This document shows positions 34,233-43,963 of a stretch of DNA of 64,000 nucleotides, piece after piece (position 1 is the first letter of the stretch; each line of letters opens with the position of its first letter). The position numbers and the translations under genes are program-made. The DNA comes from Pseudomonadota bacterium (GTDB lineage Bacteria > Bdellovibrionota > UBA1018 > CAIMNF01): the NCBI GenBank assembly GCA_027491115.1, contig JAIXWV010000016.1, forward strand, positions 10,657 to 74,656, read 5' to 3'. Below the pieces are notes generated by a model. It did not search any database, was not told the origin of the DNA, and was given only the letters and a program-made list of their open reading frames with translations.

Positions 34233-36980
34233 TCAATGGGAAAGGTGGAATAAATTTGGAATAGAATCGACTCCTCTGAACAGCACTAGGAGGGATCGAT
34301 TGGTGCTGCTTCCGTGCAGACTCATGGAGTCGCTCGATGATATTGATCCCAATGCGGACAGATCCACAGGGCTAGATGTGGTGGCGTTTATTGAGTAGAG
34401 AGCAAGCGGAGCACCTGTTGTCGGATTCAAAGAGAAGATCGTCGAAGAGCCGACTGAGCCCAGATAGCTAGTATTGAATACCCCCACAAGACCCGTGGCT
34501 TGAAACTGATCGCCCATCAATGCATGCACGTTCATCTGGGAAGATCCTGAAATGTTCACGTTTTCTATTGCATACACGTGGCCTCCTCCATCCATGATTT
34601 GGATGTAGTTTCCGGTTTTCTCAGGATTCTGTTCATCCGAACCCGTGTAGACCACTACAGAGAGATTGAGTCTTTTCGTTTCGCCAGGGGTGACTGAAAA
34701 TACACTCCGGTAATACTTGTTGTTTGCATCAAGACTGCGGTCTCGAGCTGAGACATATAGAGTATCCCCCAATGAAATCACCGTCTCAATTTCGTCGTCT
34801 GTCCCCGCGTTGAGATCGATCACCTTTTCAGTCACTCCTTCGCTATTCACTCGGTGAAGTTTCTGCTTTCCGTTGGAGTCCGGCCACGGAAAATAAAGGT
34901 GGTCTTGCGACTTGGAAAAGAAGCCACCGCTCAACAGATCTGTCATTGGGGTGAGGGAACTCGTCACGGCATCTCCCGAGGGTAGAGGGCATGCTTGGAG
35001 TTGGGCGCCATCAAAGAAATGAGGGACCCACGTTCCGGATGAGACATTAAACACCTGGAGAATCACCTTCGAGCCAAAAATTAGGCATTTTCCATCTTTT
35101 TCGGATGGAAAAGAGAAGCCATGACCCCAGGTGTTGCTGATGCTGTGGATCATTGCCAGAGAGTCGGAGGGTTCATGATAAGCCCAAAGTTCCGACACTG
35201 CACCAGATCCACTTCCTGGCTCGGATTGTCGATAAGTTGAAAAGAGCACCCGGTCCTCAGTGCTGCAATAGCTCACGATCGGGTCCGCGCCCCCGGGATT
35301 GAGCTGAGATATTCTTCTAAAGCCGCTTGTGTCGACCTGATAGAGTTTTAATCCCTCAGTATCGACAGCTGTGATGTAAGTCTTCCCATGAGTTTGAGCG
35401 AATCCCGTCTGTCCCAGATTCAAGTAAGAATCCGAATTTGCAGAAGGAATCGTTTTTGTCGTCTGCCCATCCCATTTTCGTATCACTAAAGATTGGTCAA
35501 TCATGCCGAAGTTCGAGCGTCCTTTGGTGGCTTCTTCTATGAAATAGATTCCCGTTGAAGTGACGGCTACCTGGGTGAATGATGGATCCCAAGAGATGGC
35601 TGAGCCTTCCGAACAAGGTTTCGGATCTGTGATCGAAGTGGGAGCTCCACCAGATGGGTCATATGAAAAAAGCGCGCGGCCTCCATGCGGACAAAGTGTC
35701 TTCCCTCTGTCGGACGTGTCGATGCCACTGATCAGCCACTTATTGCCCATCGGGGCAACTAAACGTCCGTCAAGCCTGAAGGTGCTGGAGTTGATTGGAG
35801 CCTCAAGCGAGGTACCACCAGAGGTCCAAATAAAGATCGGACTGGAGCCGATGGAGCACCCTTGATTTTGATACATTGAGGATAGGTAAGACCCGCCCGG
35901 ACCATCAATGATGCTCGGACAAATGAGTGGGTTTGCTGCGGACTCGCCTGAAAATTTTTCCGTAGCAGTGAGACTTCCTGGCTCGATGCAAAACACCCGA
36001 GCGGGCATCCCCGATGTTTGCTCGGAGAAGCAGGTGCCCAAAGACGAAGATTGGATCAGGTTTGCGCTCGTCAGTGTCCCATATGCTCCACTGATCGGCT
36101 GGGGTATTGCTGGAGACTGATTCGAGAGTGAGTAGAGTACCGCCTGATCAGACTGATCATGCGCGATAAATATAGGAGATCCGGAGCTTCGGTGGACACT
36201 AGAGGATTGGAAGGTCTGCTGTCGAGGGGCTAGAGCGATTGCTGCAAACCCTCGAGTCTCAAGAACCAGGCGTGGATCCCCGTTGTTCTCCGTCGATTTA
36301 TAGGAGAAGAGTCCATGTTGGTTCTCTCCCGTTTGAGCAGTGAAGTAGAACCGCTCAGCGTAAACCCCCCAAGGACTCAAGTTCGACAGATCTCCAACCA
36401 CATTGGGGTCGAGAATGAGCTCGCTGGTGCTCGTTCCGTCATAAGAAAAGTAACGGGCACCAGATGGAAGCCAAGCGCGAAAGTAAATGAGTTCGCCTTC
36501 ACCATGAAAAAAGTCGGCACCCCCCGAGCACTTCAGCTGATTGGGGAGGGTGATCTCTCGAACACTTGTCCCGTCAAAGGTGTGTAAGGTGCATGACGAT
36601 TCCGAGCTCTGAACAAAATACAATCTTGTGCCAGATATGAACATGGATCCGATGTTGTCAGATCCTCCGGGATTGAGGTCGAATGCCAATCGTGGTGAGT
36701 CTGTGGGGTCGATGCAGACCAATTTTCGACCGCGAACACTGGTCAAGGCGGTATAGCAGACTCGATTATTCAGGGAAAAAAGGTCTTTGGGGCGATCGTT
36801 GGTCGTCTGTAAAGTTGCTGGAACAGGGATGGAAGAAAATTTCGAGGCACCGATAGAGTTTTGGGAGGTTTCATTTGGCCTTAGGGTTTCAGGAGAGCAA
36901 CCAAAGAGCGGGTTCAGTAAGATCATGGCTGCCAAAAATAGGGACGATCTCAAGCGCCTGATTAATGATTCAATCCCCAT
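34233..36980 (-). CDS. large beta-propeller lipoprotein (ELWxxDGT-like repeats)
   Basis: Lipobox LFGC; DLNPGGSD/QLNPGGAD/DLNAGTDD, FDGT/YDGT/WDGQ, ELWAY. Confidence 0.7.
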   Translation of the reverse strand: MGIESLIRRLRSSLFLAAMILLNPLFGCSPETLRPNETSQNSIGASKFSSIPVPATLQTTNDRPKDLFSLNNRVCYTALTSVRGRKLVCIDPTDSPRLAFDLNPGGSDNIGSMFISGTRLYFVQSSESSCTLHTFDGTSVREITLPNQLKCSGGADFFHGEGELIYFRAWLPSGARYFSYDGTSTSELILDPNVVGDLSNLSPWGVYAERFYFTAQTGENQHGLFSYKSTENNGDPRLVLETRGFAAIALAPRQQTFQSSSVHRSSGSPIFIAHDQSDQAVLYSLSNQSPAIPQPISGAYGTLTSANLIQSSSLGTCFSEQTSGMPARVFCIEPGSLTATEKFSGESAANPLICPSIIDGPGGSYLSSMYQNQGCSIGSSPIFIWTSGGTSLEAPINSSTFRLDGRLVAPMGNKWLISGIDTSDRGKTLCPHGGRALFSYDPSGGAPTSITDPKPCSEGSAISWDPSFTQVAVTSTGIYFIEEATKGRSNFGMIDQSLVIRKWDGQTTKTIPSANSDSYLNLGQTGFAQTHGKTYITAVDTEGLKLYQVDTSGFRRISQLNPGGADPIVSYCSTEDRVLFSTYRQSEPGSGSGAVSELWAYHEPSDSLAMIHSISNTWGHGFSFPSEKDGKCLIFGSKVILQVFNVSSGTWVPHFFDGAQLQACPLPSGDAVTSSLTPMTDLLSGGFFSKSQDHLYFPWPDSNGKQKLHRVNSEGVTEKVIDLNAGTDDEIETVISLGDTLYVSARDRSLDANNKYYRSVFSVTPGETKRLNLSVVVYTGSDEQNPEKTGNYIQIMDGGGHVYAIENVNISGSSQMNVHALMGDQFQATGLVGVFNTSYLGSVGSSTIFSLNPTTGAPLALYSINATTSSPVDLSALGSISSSDSMSLHGSSTNRSLLVLFRGVDSIPNLFHLSH

Positions 36981-37040
36981 TTCAGCAGTTTAAACTGGAA
37001 CCCTCACGACAATAATGTGTCGTTCAGGACCTAGTTGAGA

Positions 37041-37460
37041 TCAGGCCCAAAGTGCAGCGGCTCGCCACCAGATCCATCCCAGCGAGATACAGCCGGTCAG
37101 ATAGGCGCCGAAGCGCAGGTAAACCGAATTGAAGGTGCAGTGAATGAGCGAGTGCACTATCCGGCTCACCACGAAGACCCAAGATGCCGTCACGATTCCG
37201 GGGTCGCTCTTGCCGGAGACCATCAGGAGCACCAGTACGAGATAGAACAAGACGGGAACCTCGAACTGGTTCTCGAAGTTGTCCGAAAAGGCATCTGTAT
37301 CGGCGATCTTGCTGTAGCCTTGTGCGCCCTTCAACTCTTCCATTCCGACGCGGTTGCGGATCATGGAGACGAGTCGGGCGGTGAGCAATGCGGCCCAAAC
37401 GCAAGTGGTCAGCAATACTTGGGCGATCAGGGGTCTCAGGAGTTCGGAATTCAGATTCAT
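37041..37460 (-). CDS. MAPEG family membrane protein
   Basis: SDNFENQFEVPVLFY, WVFVVSRIVHSLIH, RF. Confidence 0.88.
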   Translation of the reverse strand: MNLNSELLRPLIAQVLLTTCVWAALLTARLVSMIRNRVGMEELKGAQGYSKIADTDAFSDNFENQFEVPVLFYLVLVLLMVSGKSDPGIVTASWVFVVSRIVHSLIHCTFNSVYLRFGAYLTGCISLGWIWWRAAALWA

Positions 37461-37484
37461 CGTGATGCTCCAGTTGAAGTCGGA

Positions 37485-38816
37485 TCAGGGCCGGATGGTG
37501 TTGATCATACGAGGAAACGGGATGGTCTCACGGACGTGCTCGACACCTGTGACCCAGGCCACTGTGCGCTCGACACCGAGACCGAAGCCGGCATGGGGGG
37601 CACTGCCGTAGCGACGCAGATCGAGGTACCACTGGTAGTCCTTGAGGTTCAGTCCGTGTTCCTGGATCCGGCGCTCGAGAATCTCGACTTTGTCTTCGCG
37701 CTGCCCACCACCGATGATTTCGCCATAGCCGAACGGTGCGATCAGGTCGGCACCGAGAGCGTATTTGCCGTCGTGATCCACACCGTCGCCATTCGGGTCG
37801 TCGGCATTTTTGAAGTAGAACGCTTTGATCTTGGACGGGAAGTGGTGGACGAAGACGGGTTTTCCGAACTCTTCTCCGAGGGCGGTTTCGTGTGGAGCTC
37901 CGAAGTCTTCACCCCAAGGGATGGCATGCCCGCGCTTTTCGAGGATCTTGAGCGCCTCGTCGTAAGAAATGCGGGGGAACGGGGCCACAATGGCTTCGAG
38001 TTCGGCCTGGTTGCGCTCGAGGATCGTGAGCTCTTTCTGGCATTGGGTCAGACAGTGTTTCACGATGTGACAGACAAAGGCTTCACCCAAATCCATCACG
38101 TCACTCAATTTACCGAACGCCATTTCGGGCTCGACCATCCAGAACTCCGTCAGGTGTTTCCGGGTCTTGGACTTCTCTGCACGGAAGGTGGGGCCGAAAG
38201 TGTAAATGTTACCAAAGGCGAAGGCACCCGCTTCGCCGTAAAGCTGGCCGGACTGGGTCAGGAAAGCCTTCTCGTCAAAGTAAGGCGTGGAGAACAGGGT
38301 CGAGGTTCCCTCGCAGGAAGTCGCACTCAAGATCGGCGGGTCGAAGCGGGTGAACCCGCGTTGGCGGAAAAAGTCCTGGATGGCGAAGAAGATCTCGCTC
38401 CGGATACGAAGGGCGGCCCACTGGCGTTGGCTCCGGATCCAGAGGTGACGGTTCTCCATCAGGAATTCGACTCCATGCTCTTTGAGCGAGATCGGATAGG
38501 CGTCCGCAATCTGGACCGGCTTCACCTCGAGAACGGTGAGTTCGAACCCGAGCTTGGATCGGGGTTCTTTCCGAACTTTGCCGATCACCTCGATCGAGCT
38601 CTCCTGGGTGAGCTTTTCGAATCCGTCGAAGGTCTCGTCCGTGCACTCGCCCTTCACGAGGACACCTTGGACGATGCCGCTCCCGTCACGGATCATGAGG
38701 AACTTGATCTTACCTGAAGAGCGTTTGTTGAACACCCAGCCCCGGAGGGTCACGGTTTGTCCGTCAAAGTCTGCCAGCTTGTCGATGCGCGCGAGCGGAT
38801 GCTGAGTGGGGGTCAT
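37485..38816 (-). CDS. asnS: asparagine--tRNA ligase
   Basis: OB fold RGWV..KRSSGK, LTQSGQLY, FRAEKSKTRKHLTEFWMVEPE, GFGLGVER. Confidence 0.96.
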   Translation of the reverse strand: MTPTQHPLARIDKLADFDGQTVTLRGWVFNKRSSGKIKFLMIRDGSGIVQGVLVKGECTDETFDGFEKLTQESSIEVIGKVRKEPRSKLGFELTVLEVKPVQIADAYPISLKEHGVEFLMENRHLWIRSQRQWAALRIRSEIFFAIQDFFRQRGFTRFDPPILSATSCEGTSTLFSTPYFDEKAFLTQSGQLYGEAGAFAFGNIYTFGPTFRAEKSKTRKHLTEFWMVEPEMAFGKLSDVMDLGEAFVCHIVKHCLTQCQKELTILERNQAELEAIVAPFPRISYDEALKILEKRGHAIPWGEDFGAPHETALGEEFGKPVFVHHFPSKIKAFYFKNADDPNGDGVDHDGKYALGADLIAPFGYGEIIGGGQREDKVEILERRIQEHGLNLKDYQWYLDLRRYGSAPHAGFGLGVERTVAWVTGVEHVRETIPFPRMINTIRP

Positions 38817-38826
38817 GGAGTGCTCC

Positions 38827-40347
38827 TTATTTGTAGTTCATGGCGAAGTGGGCGAACGTGCGGACGTATACGCCGCTCGAGCCCTTCTTCGGATTGTAGG
38901 GCAGGTAGCCTTGGTCGTAAGCCCGGTTCGCCAGGTCGACGTGGGCCCACTTCATTCCAGGACGGATGAATTGTTTCAGGAACACCGCTCCCCGGATGGT
39001 GCCACCATTTGAATTGTTGGCACTGTTCATCATGTCGGCATAGGGGGACTTGATGTCCTCGAAGTATTCGTCCCAGAGAGGAAGCTCCCAGAGGGCTTCT
39101 TCGGTTTCTTTGGACGAGTCCATCAGGGCTTTGCCGAGTTTTTCGTCGTTCGCAAACAGTGCGCTCGCAAGAGTCCCGAGGGCGATCGAAACAGCGCCAG
39201 TCAGTGTAGCGGTGTTCACGATGACGTCAGGCTCGTAGTCATGTGCCAGATCAAGTGCATCCGCAAGAACCAGGCGTCCCTCGGCATCGGTGTTGATGAT
39301 CTCTACGGTCTTGCCGTTACGTGCCTTGATGATATTTCCGGGCTGGGTCGCCGTTCCGGAAGGCATGTTTTCTGCGAACACCAAGATCGTGGTGATTTTG
39401 TTTTTCGAGCCGAGCCGCGCTGCGAGCAAAGTAGCCCCGATCATAGTGGCCGCACCTGTCATGTCGTGCTTCATGTCTTCCATGCGCGCGCCAGGCTTCA
39501 GCGAGATTCCACCCGAGTCAAAGGTCACTCCCTTGCCGACCAGTGATACGTGCTTCGCGTTTTTTGCGCCGGACTTCGGGGTGTACTCCACGATGACCAC
39601 CCGGGACTCGCGTTCCGATCCCGCACCTACCGAGAGGAATAGCTCCATTTTTTCCTTGCGGGCTTCTGCATCGTTCATGACCTTGCACTTCAGACCGTAA
39701 GTCTTGCAAAGCTTGGAGATCTCGTTCGCGTAGTATTCGGGGGTACCGTAGTTCGAGGGTTCGTTCGAAAAGTCGCGGGTCAAATAGGTGCAATCCACGG
39801 TGACCAGGACTTCGTGAGCCAACTCTTGGAGCCAAGCGGAGTTCTTTTTGTCGGTGCTCAGAAGTACGATCGACTCCGGCTTGGAGTGGTTATTCTTGGC
39901 TGACGATTTGTACTTCTCGAAAGTGTATTGGGAAAGGAAGTATCCCTCGAGCAGTGCTTTCAGGGCGGCTTCGGTTGTCGGTTTTCCTGCCGATTTCAGC
40001 AAGGCATCCACGTCGAAGGCCAATTGTTTGACCTTCTCGGCCTGTGCTTTAGTGGCTAGCGCAGCTCCGGTTTGACGGGCTTTTTCAGGAGTGAACGCTT
40101 TTTTCGATCCGAGACCCGCGACCAGGACGTTCCGGCTCTCGATGTAAGAACCTCTGATGAAGAAGCAAGATTTGGTAGCAGCGGTGAAGGTTCCTGACTT
40201 CGCCAGGTCCCGGATTTCGGTCAGGCTCTGCGGAGATAGAAGCACTTCTTTCTTGTCGTTTTGGAAATAAAGGTAGGCCACGGTGTCGCCGGTGAAATCC
40301 TGTGCGATGTGGATCGGGGTGAGGGAACGAATGAATTCCGTTTTCAT
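38827..40347 (-). CDS. pepA: leucyl aminopeptidase (M17)
   Basis: VGKGVTFDSGG, MKHDM, NTDAEGRLVLAD, ATLTGA. Confidence 0.95.
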   Translation of the reverse strand: MKTEFIRSLTPIHIAQDFTGDTVAYLYFQNDKKEVLLSPQSLTEIRDLAKSGTFTAATKSCFFIRGSYIESRNVLVAGLGSKKAFTPEKARQTGAALATKAQAEKVKQLAFDVDALLKSAGKPTTEAALKALLEGYFLSQYTFEKYKSSAKNNHSKPESIVLLSTDKKNSAWLQELAHEVLVTVDCTYLTRDFSNEPSNYGTPEYYANEISKLCKTYGLKCKVMNDAEARKEKMELFLSVGAGSERESRVVIVEYTPKSGAKNAKHVSLVGKGVTFDSGGISLKPGARMEDMKHDMTGAATMIGATLLAARLGSKNKITTILVFAENMPSGTATQPGNIIKARNGKTVEIINTDAEGRLVLADALDLAHDYEPDVIVNTATLTGAVSIALGTLASALFANDEKLGKALMDSSKETEEALWELPLWDEYFEDIKSPYADMMNSANNSNGGTIRGAVFLKQFIRPGMKWAHVDLANRAYDQGYLPYNPKKGSSGVYVRTFAHFAMNYK

Positions 40348-40431
40348 GGAGAGGCTCCTTCGTGAATTTTGGTGAGTTCCTATCATACCACTGTTTTTTG
40401 GCTTCCGGATCAGTTAAGTTTTCAGAGAACC

Positions 40432-41802
40432 ATGATCAAAAGGTACCAAAATTCGGCCGGGGTGATGACGCGCGTCGCAGACATCCTGATCGTGGCGGTC
40501 TCCTGGCTCCTGGCATATCCGATCCGCTTTGAGTGGATGAATGGAGCCCCGTTGCTTCCCTTTTACCCGGAGGCGCCTCAGCGGGGGTATTATCTTGCGC
40601 TGCTTCCCATGATCGTTCTTTTGTGGGCGGGGGGGTTCCAGTTTTTCGGTGTGTATCACTACCAGCGTGTGATCCGCCGCTCCACTGAGATCTACACGCT
40701 CATCCGGGCCCATGCTGCCATCCTGATCCTGTTTACGGCCCTGACCTTCTTCATCACCGAGTACCGGTTTTCGAGGGGTGTGATTCTGATTTTCGGGGGC
40801 CTCGTGTTGTGGGGCGGTTGGGCTTACCGTGTCGCCTCCCGCAAGTTGTTGCGTGAATTGAACCGAAAGGGAATCTATTCGATCAAACTCGTGGCAATAG
40901 GCGAGGGTCGGGAGCTTGAGTTTGTGCTTCAGCAGCTCGGTCGCTATCCGGAAATCGGGATTGAAATCACGCGAGTAATCGGACCAGAGGATTACGGTCG
41001 GGCCGTCGAATTGATTCATGGAATTCGTCCTGCCACGGTGTTGATCGCGCTGCCCCAGTCGCAATCCGCACTTCAGGAAGTTCTCGTGGCTGAGTTCAGG
41101 GATGAGTCCATCGACCTTCAGGTCATTCCCGATTACTCCCGGTTCATCGCCCTCGGTGCGGCTGTCGAAAGTTTTGGTGGAGTTCCCTTGATTGTCCTCA
41201 ATGATTCCCCATTGTACGGGTACCGTGCCTGGCTCAAGCGATTGATGGATTTTTCCTTGGCAGGTGTCGGATTGCTGATCCTCTCGCCCTTGCTGATGCT
41301 CATTGCTTTGGCGGTCCGTCTCAGTTCGAGGGGTCCGATCTTGTACCGTCAGGAGCGGATGGGGTTGGATGGTCGGACTTTCGGAATGTTGAAGTTCCGT
41401 TCCATGAAAGTCGATGCCGAGGATCGGACCGGTGCGGTGTGGGCCGTCAAGAACGATGACCGCCGTACGGTGATCGGTACTTTTCTGCGTTCCACCTCCT
41501 TGGATGAACTGCCGCAGCTGTGGAATGTGTTGACCGGCGACATGTCACTGGTCGGGCCGAGGCCTGAGCGTCCCGTGTTCGTGGACAAGTTCCGGCACGA
41601 GATCCCCAACTACATGCTCCGCCACCGGGTCAAGACCGGAATCACCGGTTGGGCCCAGGTGAACGGTTGGCGGGGCGATACGTCGCTTGAGAAGCGTATC
41701 GAATGTGACATCTACTACATCCGGAATTGGTCCCTCTGGTTGGACATCAAGATTCTCTTCCTGACGGTGTTCAAAGGATTTGTGAACCCCAATGCGTATT
41801 AG
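40432..41802 (+). CDS. undecaprenyl-phosphate glucose phosphotransferase (WcaJ-like)
   Basis: KRLMD, KFRSM, SLDELPQLWNVL.GDMSLVGPRPER, GITGWAQVNG. Confidence 0.93.
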   Translation: MIKRYQNSAGVMTRVADILIVAVSWLLAYPIRFEWMNGAPLLPFYPEAPQRGYYLALLPMIVLLWAGGFQFFGVYHYQRVIRRSTEIYTLIRAHAAILILFTALTFFITEYRFSRGVILIFGGLVLWGGWAYRVASRKLLRELNRKGIYSIKLVAIGEGRELEFVLQQLGRYPEIGIEITRVIGPEDYGRAVELIHGIRPATVLIALPQSQSALQEVLVAEFRDESIDLQVIPDYSRFIALGAAVESFGGVPLIVLNDSPLYGYRAWLKRLMDFSLAGVGLLILSPLLMLIALAVRLSSRGPILYRQERMGLDGRTFGMLKFRSMKVDAEDRTGAVWAVKNDDRRTVIGTFLRSTSLDELPQLWNVLTGDMSLVGPRPERPVFVDKFRHEIPNYMLRHRVKTGITGWAQVNGWRGDTSLEKRIECDIYYIRNWSLWLDIKILFLTVFKGFVNPNAY

Positions 41803-42898
41803 GCGGATCGACACCTATGTTTTCACCGAGGTGTTGAGCCCTTTTCTCGGAGGGGTGTTCTTCTTTTCTTTCGTGTTCCTGTTATTCCAGATGCTCAGGC
41901 TCGCCGAGGAGTTGATTGTCAACAACGCACCCTTTGGACTGGTGATGAAACTCCTATGGACCTTGATGGTGAACTTCCTTCCTCTGGGTTTGCCCATGGC
42001 TTTCCTGGTCGGGGTCTTGTTCGCTTTTTCTCGCATGTCGGGTGACAGCGAAGTGGTGGCGATGAAGGCTGGCGGGCTCGGTTTGTGGAGGATTTCGGTA
42101 CCGGTGTTTTCCCTATCTGCAGCGGTAGCGATTCTTTCATTTCTGCTCAATGTGAATTGGGCTCCCTGGTCCGAGGTCGCCATGCGGAACACCTTGATCA
42201 AAATCGGGAACAGGAAGTTCGCGAGTGCGATCAACGAGGGAACCTTCACTTCGGGCTTCTTCAACCTTCTCCTCTATGCTGAAAAGGCGAACAATCGCGC
42301 GGGAAAGATGGAGAAAGTGTTCATTTTCGACGAGCGCGACCCCAAGCATCCGCTGACGGTGGTTTCGAAAACCGGAGAGTTGATCCGGGTTCAATCCGGA
42401 GAAGACGATCTTGGAGGGGTGGTTTTGCAACTTCAGGACGGGAGCATTCATCAATCCGAAGCTCGCGGGGACTCCTACTCGAAGATGAATTTCGGGACTT
42501 ATCAGATCTTTTTCGATATTCCCGATACGACCGGCAAGTTCGGATTCAAGCCGAGGATGTTCTCGCAATCCGAGCTTGAGCGAAGGATTCGGGCTTCTGA
42601 GACCACGCCACAATATTTGCGCGAGCTTGAGACCGAGCATTGGCGGCGGATCGCGGTGGCCATGACCCCGCTCTTTTTTGTGCTGCTTGGAATGGGATTT
42701 GGTGTTGTCCGAACCCGGGGTGCCCGTTACGGGGTGATGCTCGTTTCATTCGTGACCATGGCCCTTTATTGGCAAATTCAAGTAAGCTCGATCTGGTTGG
42801 GTGAGTCGGGGAAATTGCCTCCCTGGGCCGCGGTTCAGATTCCGAATTTATTGGTGGGGGCAGTGGGGATGCTCATGTTCAGGCGGGCAAACTGGTAA
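41792..42898 (+). CDS. lptF: LPS export permease LptF/LptG family
   Basis: RMSGDSEVVAMKAGG; 3 TM + periplasmic domain + 3 TM; IPNL. Confidence 0.85.
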   Translation: MRIRRIDTYVFTEVLSPFLGGVFFFSFVFLLFQMLRLAEELIVNNAPFGLVMKLLWTLMVNFLPLGLPMAFLVGVLFAFSRMSGDSEVVAMKAGGLGLWRISVPVFSLSAAVAILSFLLNVNWAPWSEVAMRNTLIKIGNRKFASAINEGTFTSGFFNLLLYAEKANNRAGKMEKVFIFDERDPKHPLTVVSKTGELIRVQSGEDDLGGVVLQLQDGSIHQSEARGDSYSKMNFGTYQIFFDIPDTTGKFGFKPRMFSQSELERRIRASETTPQYLRELETEHWRRIAVAMTPLFFVLLGMGFGVVRTRGARYGVMLVSFVTMALYWQIQVSSIWLGESGKLPPWAAVQIPNLLVGAVGMLMFRRANW

Positions 42899-42899
42899 G

Positions 42900-43691
42900 A
42901 TGTCTCGATTCGATCCTCAGTCCTATTCGAGGTACCGGATCCATTATCCATCTGCGGTATTCGATGGGCTTCGCTCCTGGGTGGGCTCCGTAGGGAGGCT
43001 CGACGGGATTTCAGCGGTCGATCTCGGTGCAGGCACCGGATTTTCGGCTTCATCTCTGATCCGGGCGCTTCCGGTCTCGAGTTTGATGCTGATCGAGCCC
43101 GATGCAGCCATGCTCGGCGAGGCGGGTCGTACGCTTCAAGGGTGTGATGTGAGGGTGGAGTACCGGGTGGGTTCGGCGGAGAGTGTTTCGGGTGTCACGG
43201 ATGTGGATCTCGTTCTGGCTGCATCATCCTGGCACTGGATGGATCCAAATCCCACGATCAATTCGATTCACACCATGCTCCGTCCCGGCGGGGTATTTTT
43301 TGTGGTGGAGTACCAGTTTCCGAGACTGGAGAACGCTCCTGAAATAAATGAGTGGGTCAGGCGTGAGTTCAATCTGAAGTGGCGCGCCCCAGATCAACGG
43401 CCTCGAGGGAGTTTGAAGGAGTTGACCGAGCCTGTCCGGAAGGCTGACTTCTTTTCGCAGGGGGGTGCGTTGCGTGTCGAGCATGCCCAAGAGTTCACTC
43501 TCGAGGAGTTTGTGGGCGTGATCCGTTCCCAGTCGAGGTACTTGGCCCACGAGGCTCGTTTGTCAGACGATCAGCGCAGGGAAGAGCGGGTCCTGATGGT
43601 GGATCAGCTTCGACAAGTTTGGGGAAACAGCGAGGAGATTTTGGGATCCTATTCGCTGGAAGGGTACTGGTTTGTGAAAAGATGGGGTTAA
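42900..43691 (+). CDS. class I SAM-dependent methyltransferase
   Basis: YSRYR..YP, VDLGAGTG, EPDAAML, SWHWMD, LRPGG. Confidence 0.9.
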   Translation: MSRFDPQSYSRYRIHYPSAVFDGLRSWVGSVGRLDGISAVDLGAGTGFSASSLIRALPVSSLMLIEPDAAMLGEAGRTLQGCDVRVEYRVGSAESVSGVTDVDLVLAASSWHWMDPNPTINSIHTMLRPGGVFFVVEYQFPRLENAPEINEWVRREFNLKWRAPDQRPRGSLKELTEPVRKADFFSQGGALRVEHAQEFTLEEFVGVIRSQSRYLAHEARLSDDQRREERVLMVDQLRQVWGNSEEILGSYSLEGYWFVKRWG

Positions 43692-43707
43692 TCCGGCCCA
43701 TTCGCGA

Positions 43708-43861
43708 GTCAAAAAAACGCCACCGTCAAAAAAACGGCTGAAAATCGCTATAATGTGAATAAAAAAACAACCCGCATCGCAAAAGAGAAGATATAAGGAA
43801 AAATACGCAATCAAATCAATAATTTAGTATTGGTGGATAACTTCAAAAAATGTGTGGATGG
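43708..43861. promoter_or_regulatory. DnaA-box / IHF-site cluster (oriC-, datA- or DARS-like)
   Basis: TGTGAATAA 43754-62, GGTGGATAA 43832-40, TGTGGATGG 43853-61; AATCAATAATTTA 43814-26 fits the IHF consensus. Confidence 0.5.
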
Positions 43862-43963
43862 ATTTTGCTAACTGCCGGATTGACCCTAAGAATCTCTAAG
43901 ATTCGAGTCTCATCCTGAAAAGTCTTAGATCATGACGCAAAGCAAATTCCCTCTGGTTGGGGA

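Noticed and set aside
43930..43963. c-di-GMP-I riboswitch (GACGCAAAGC)
   Set aside because: No upstream GGCAAAC/GAAA stem and no downstream gene on that strand
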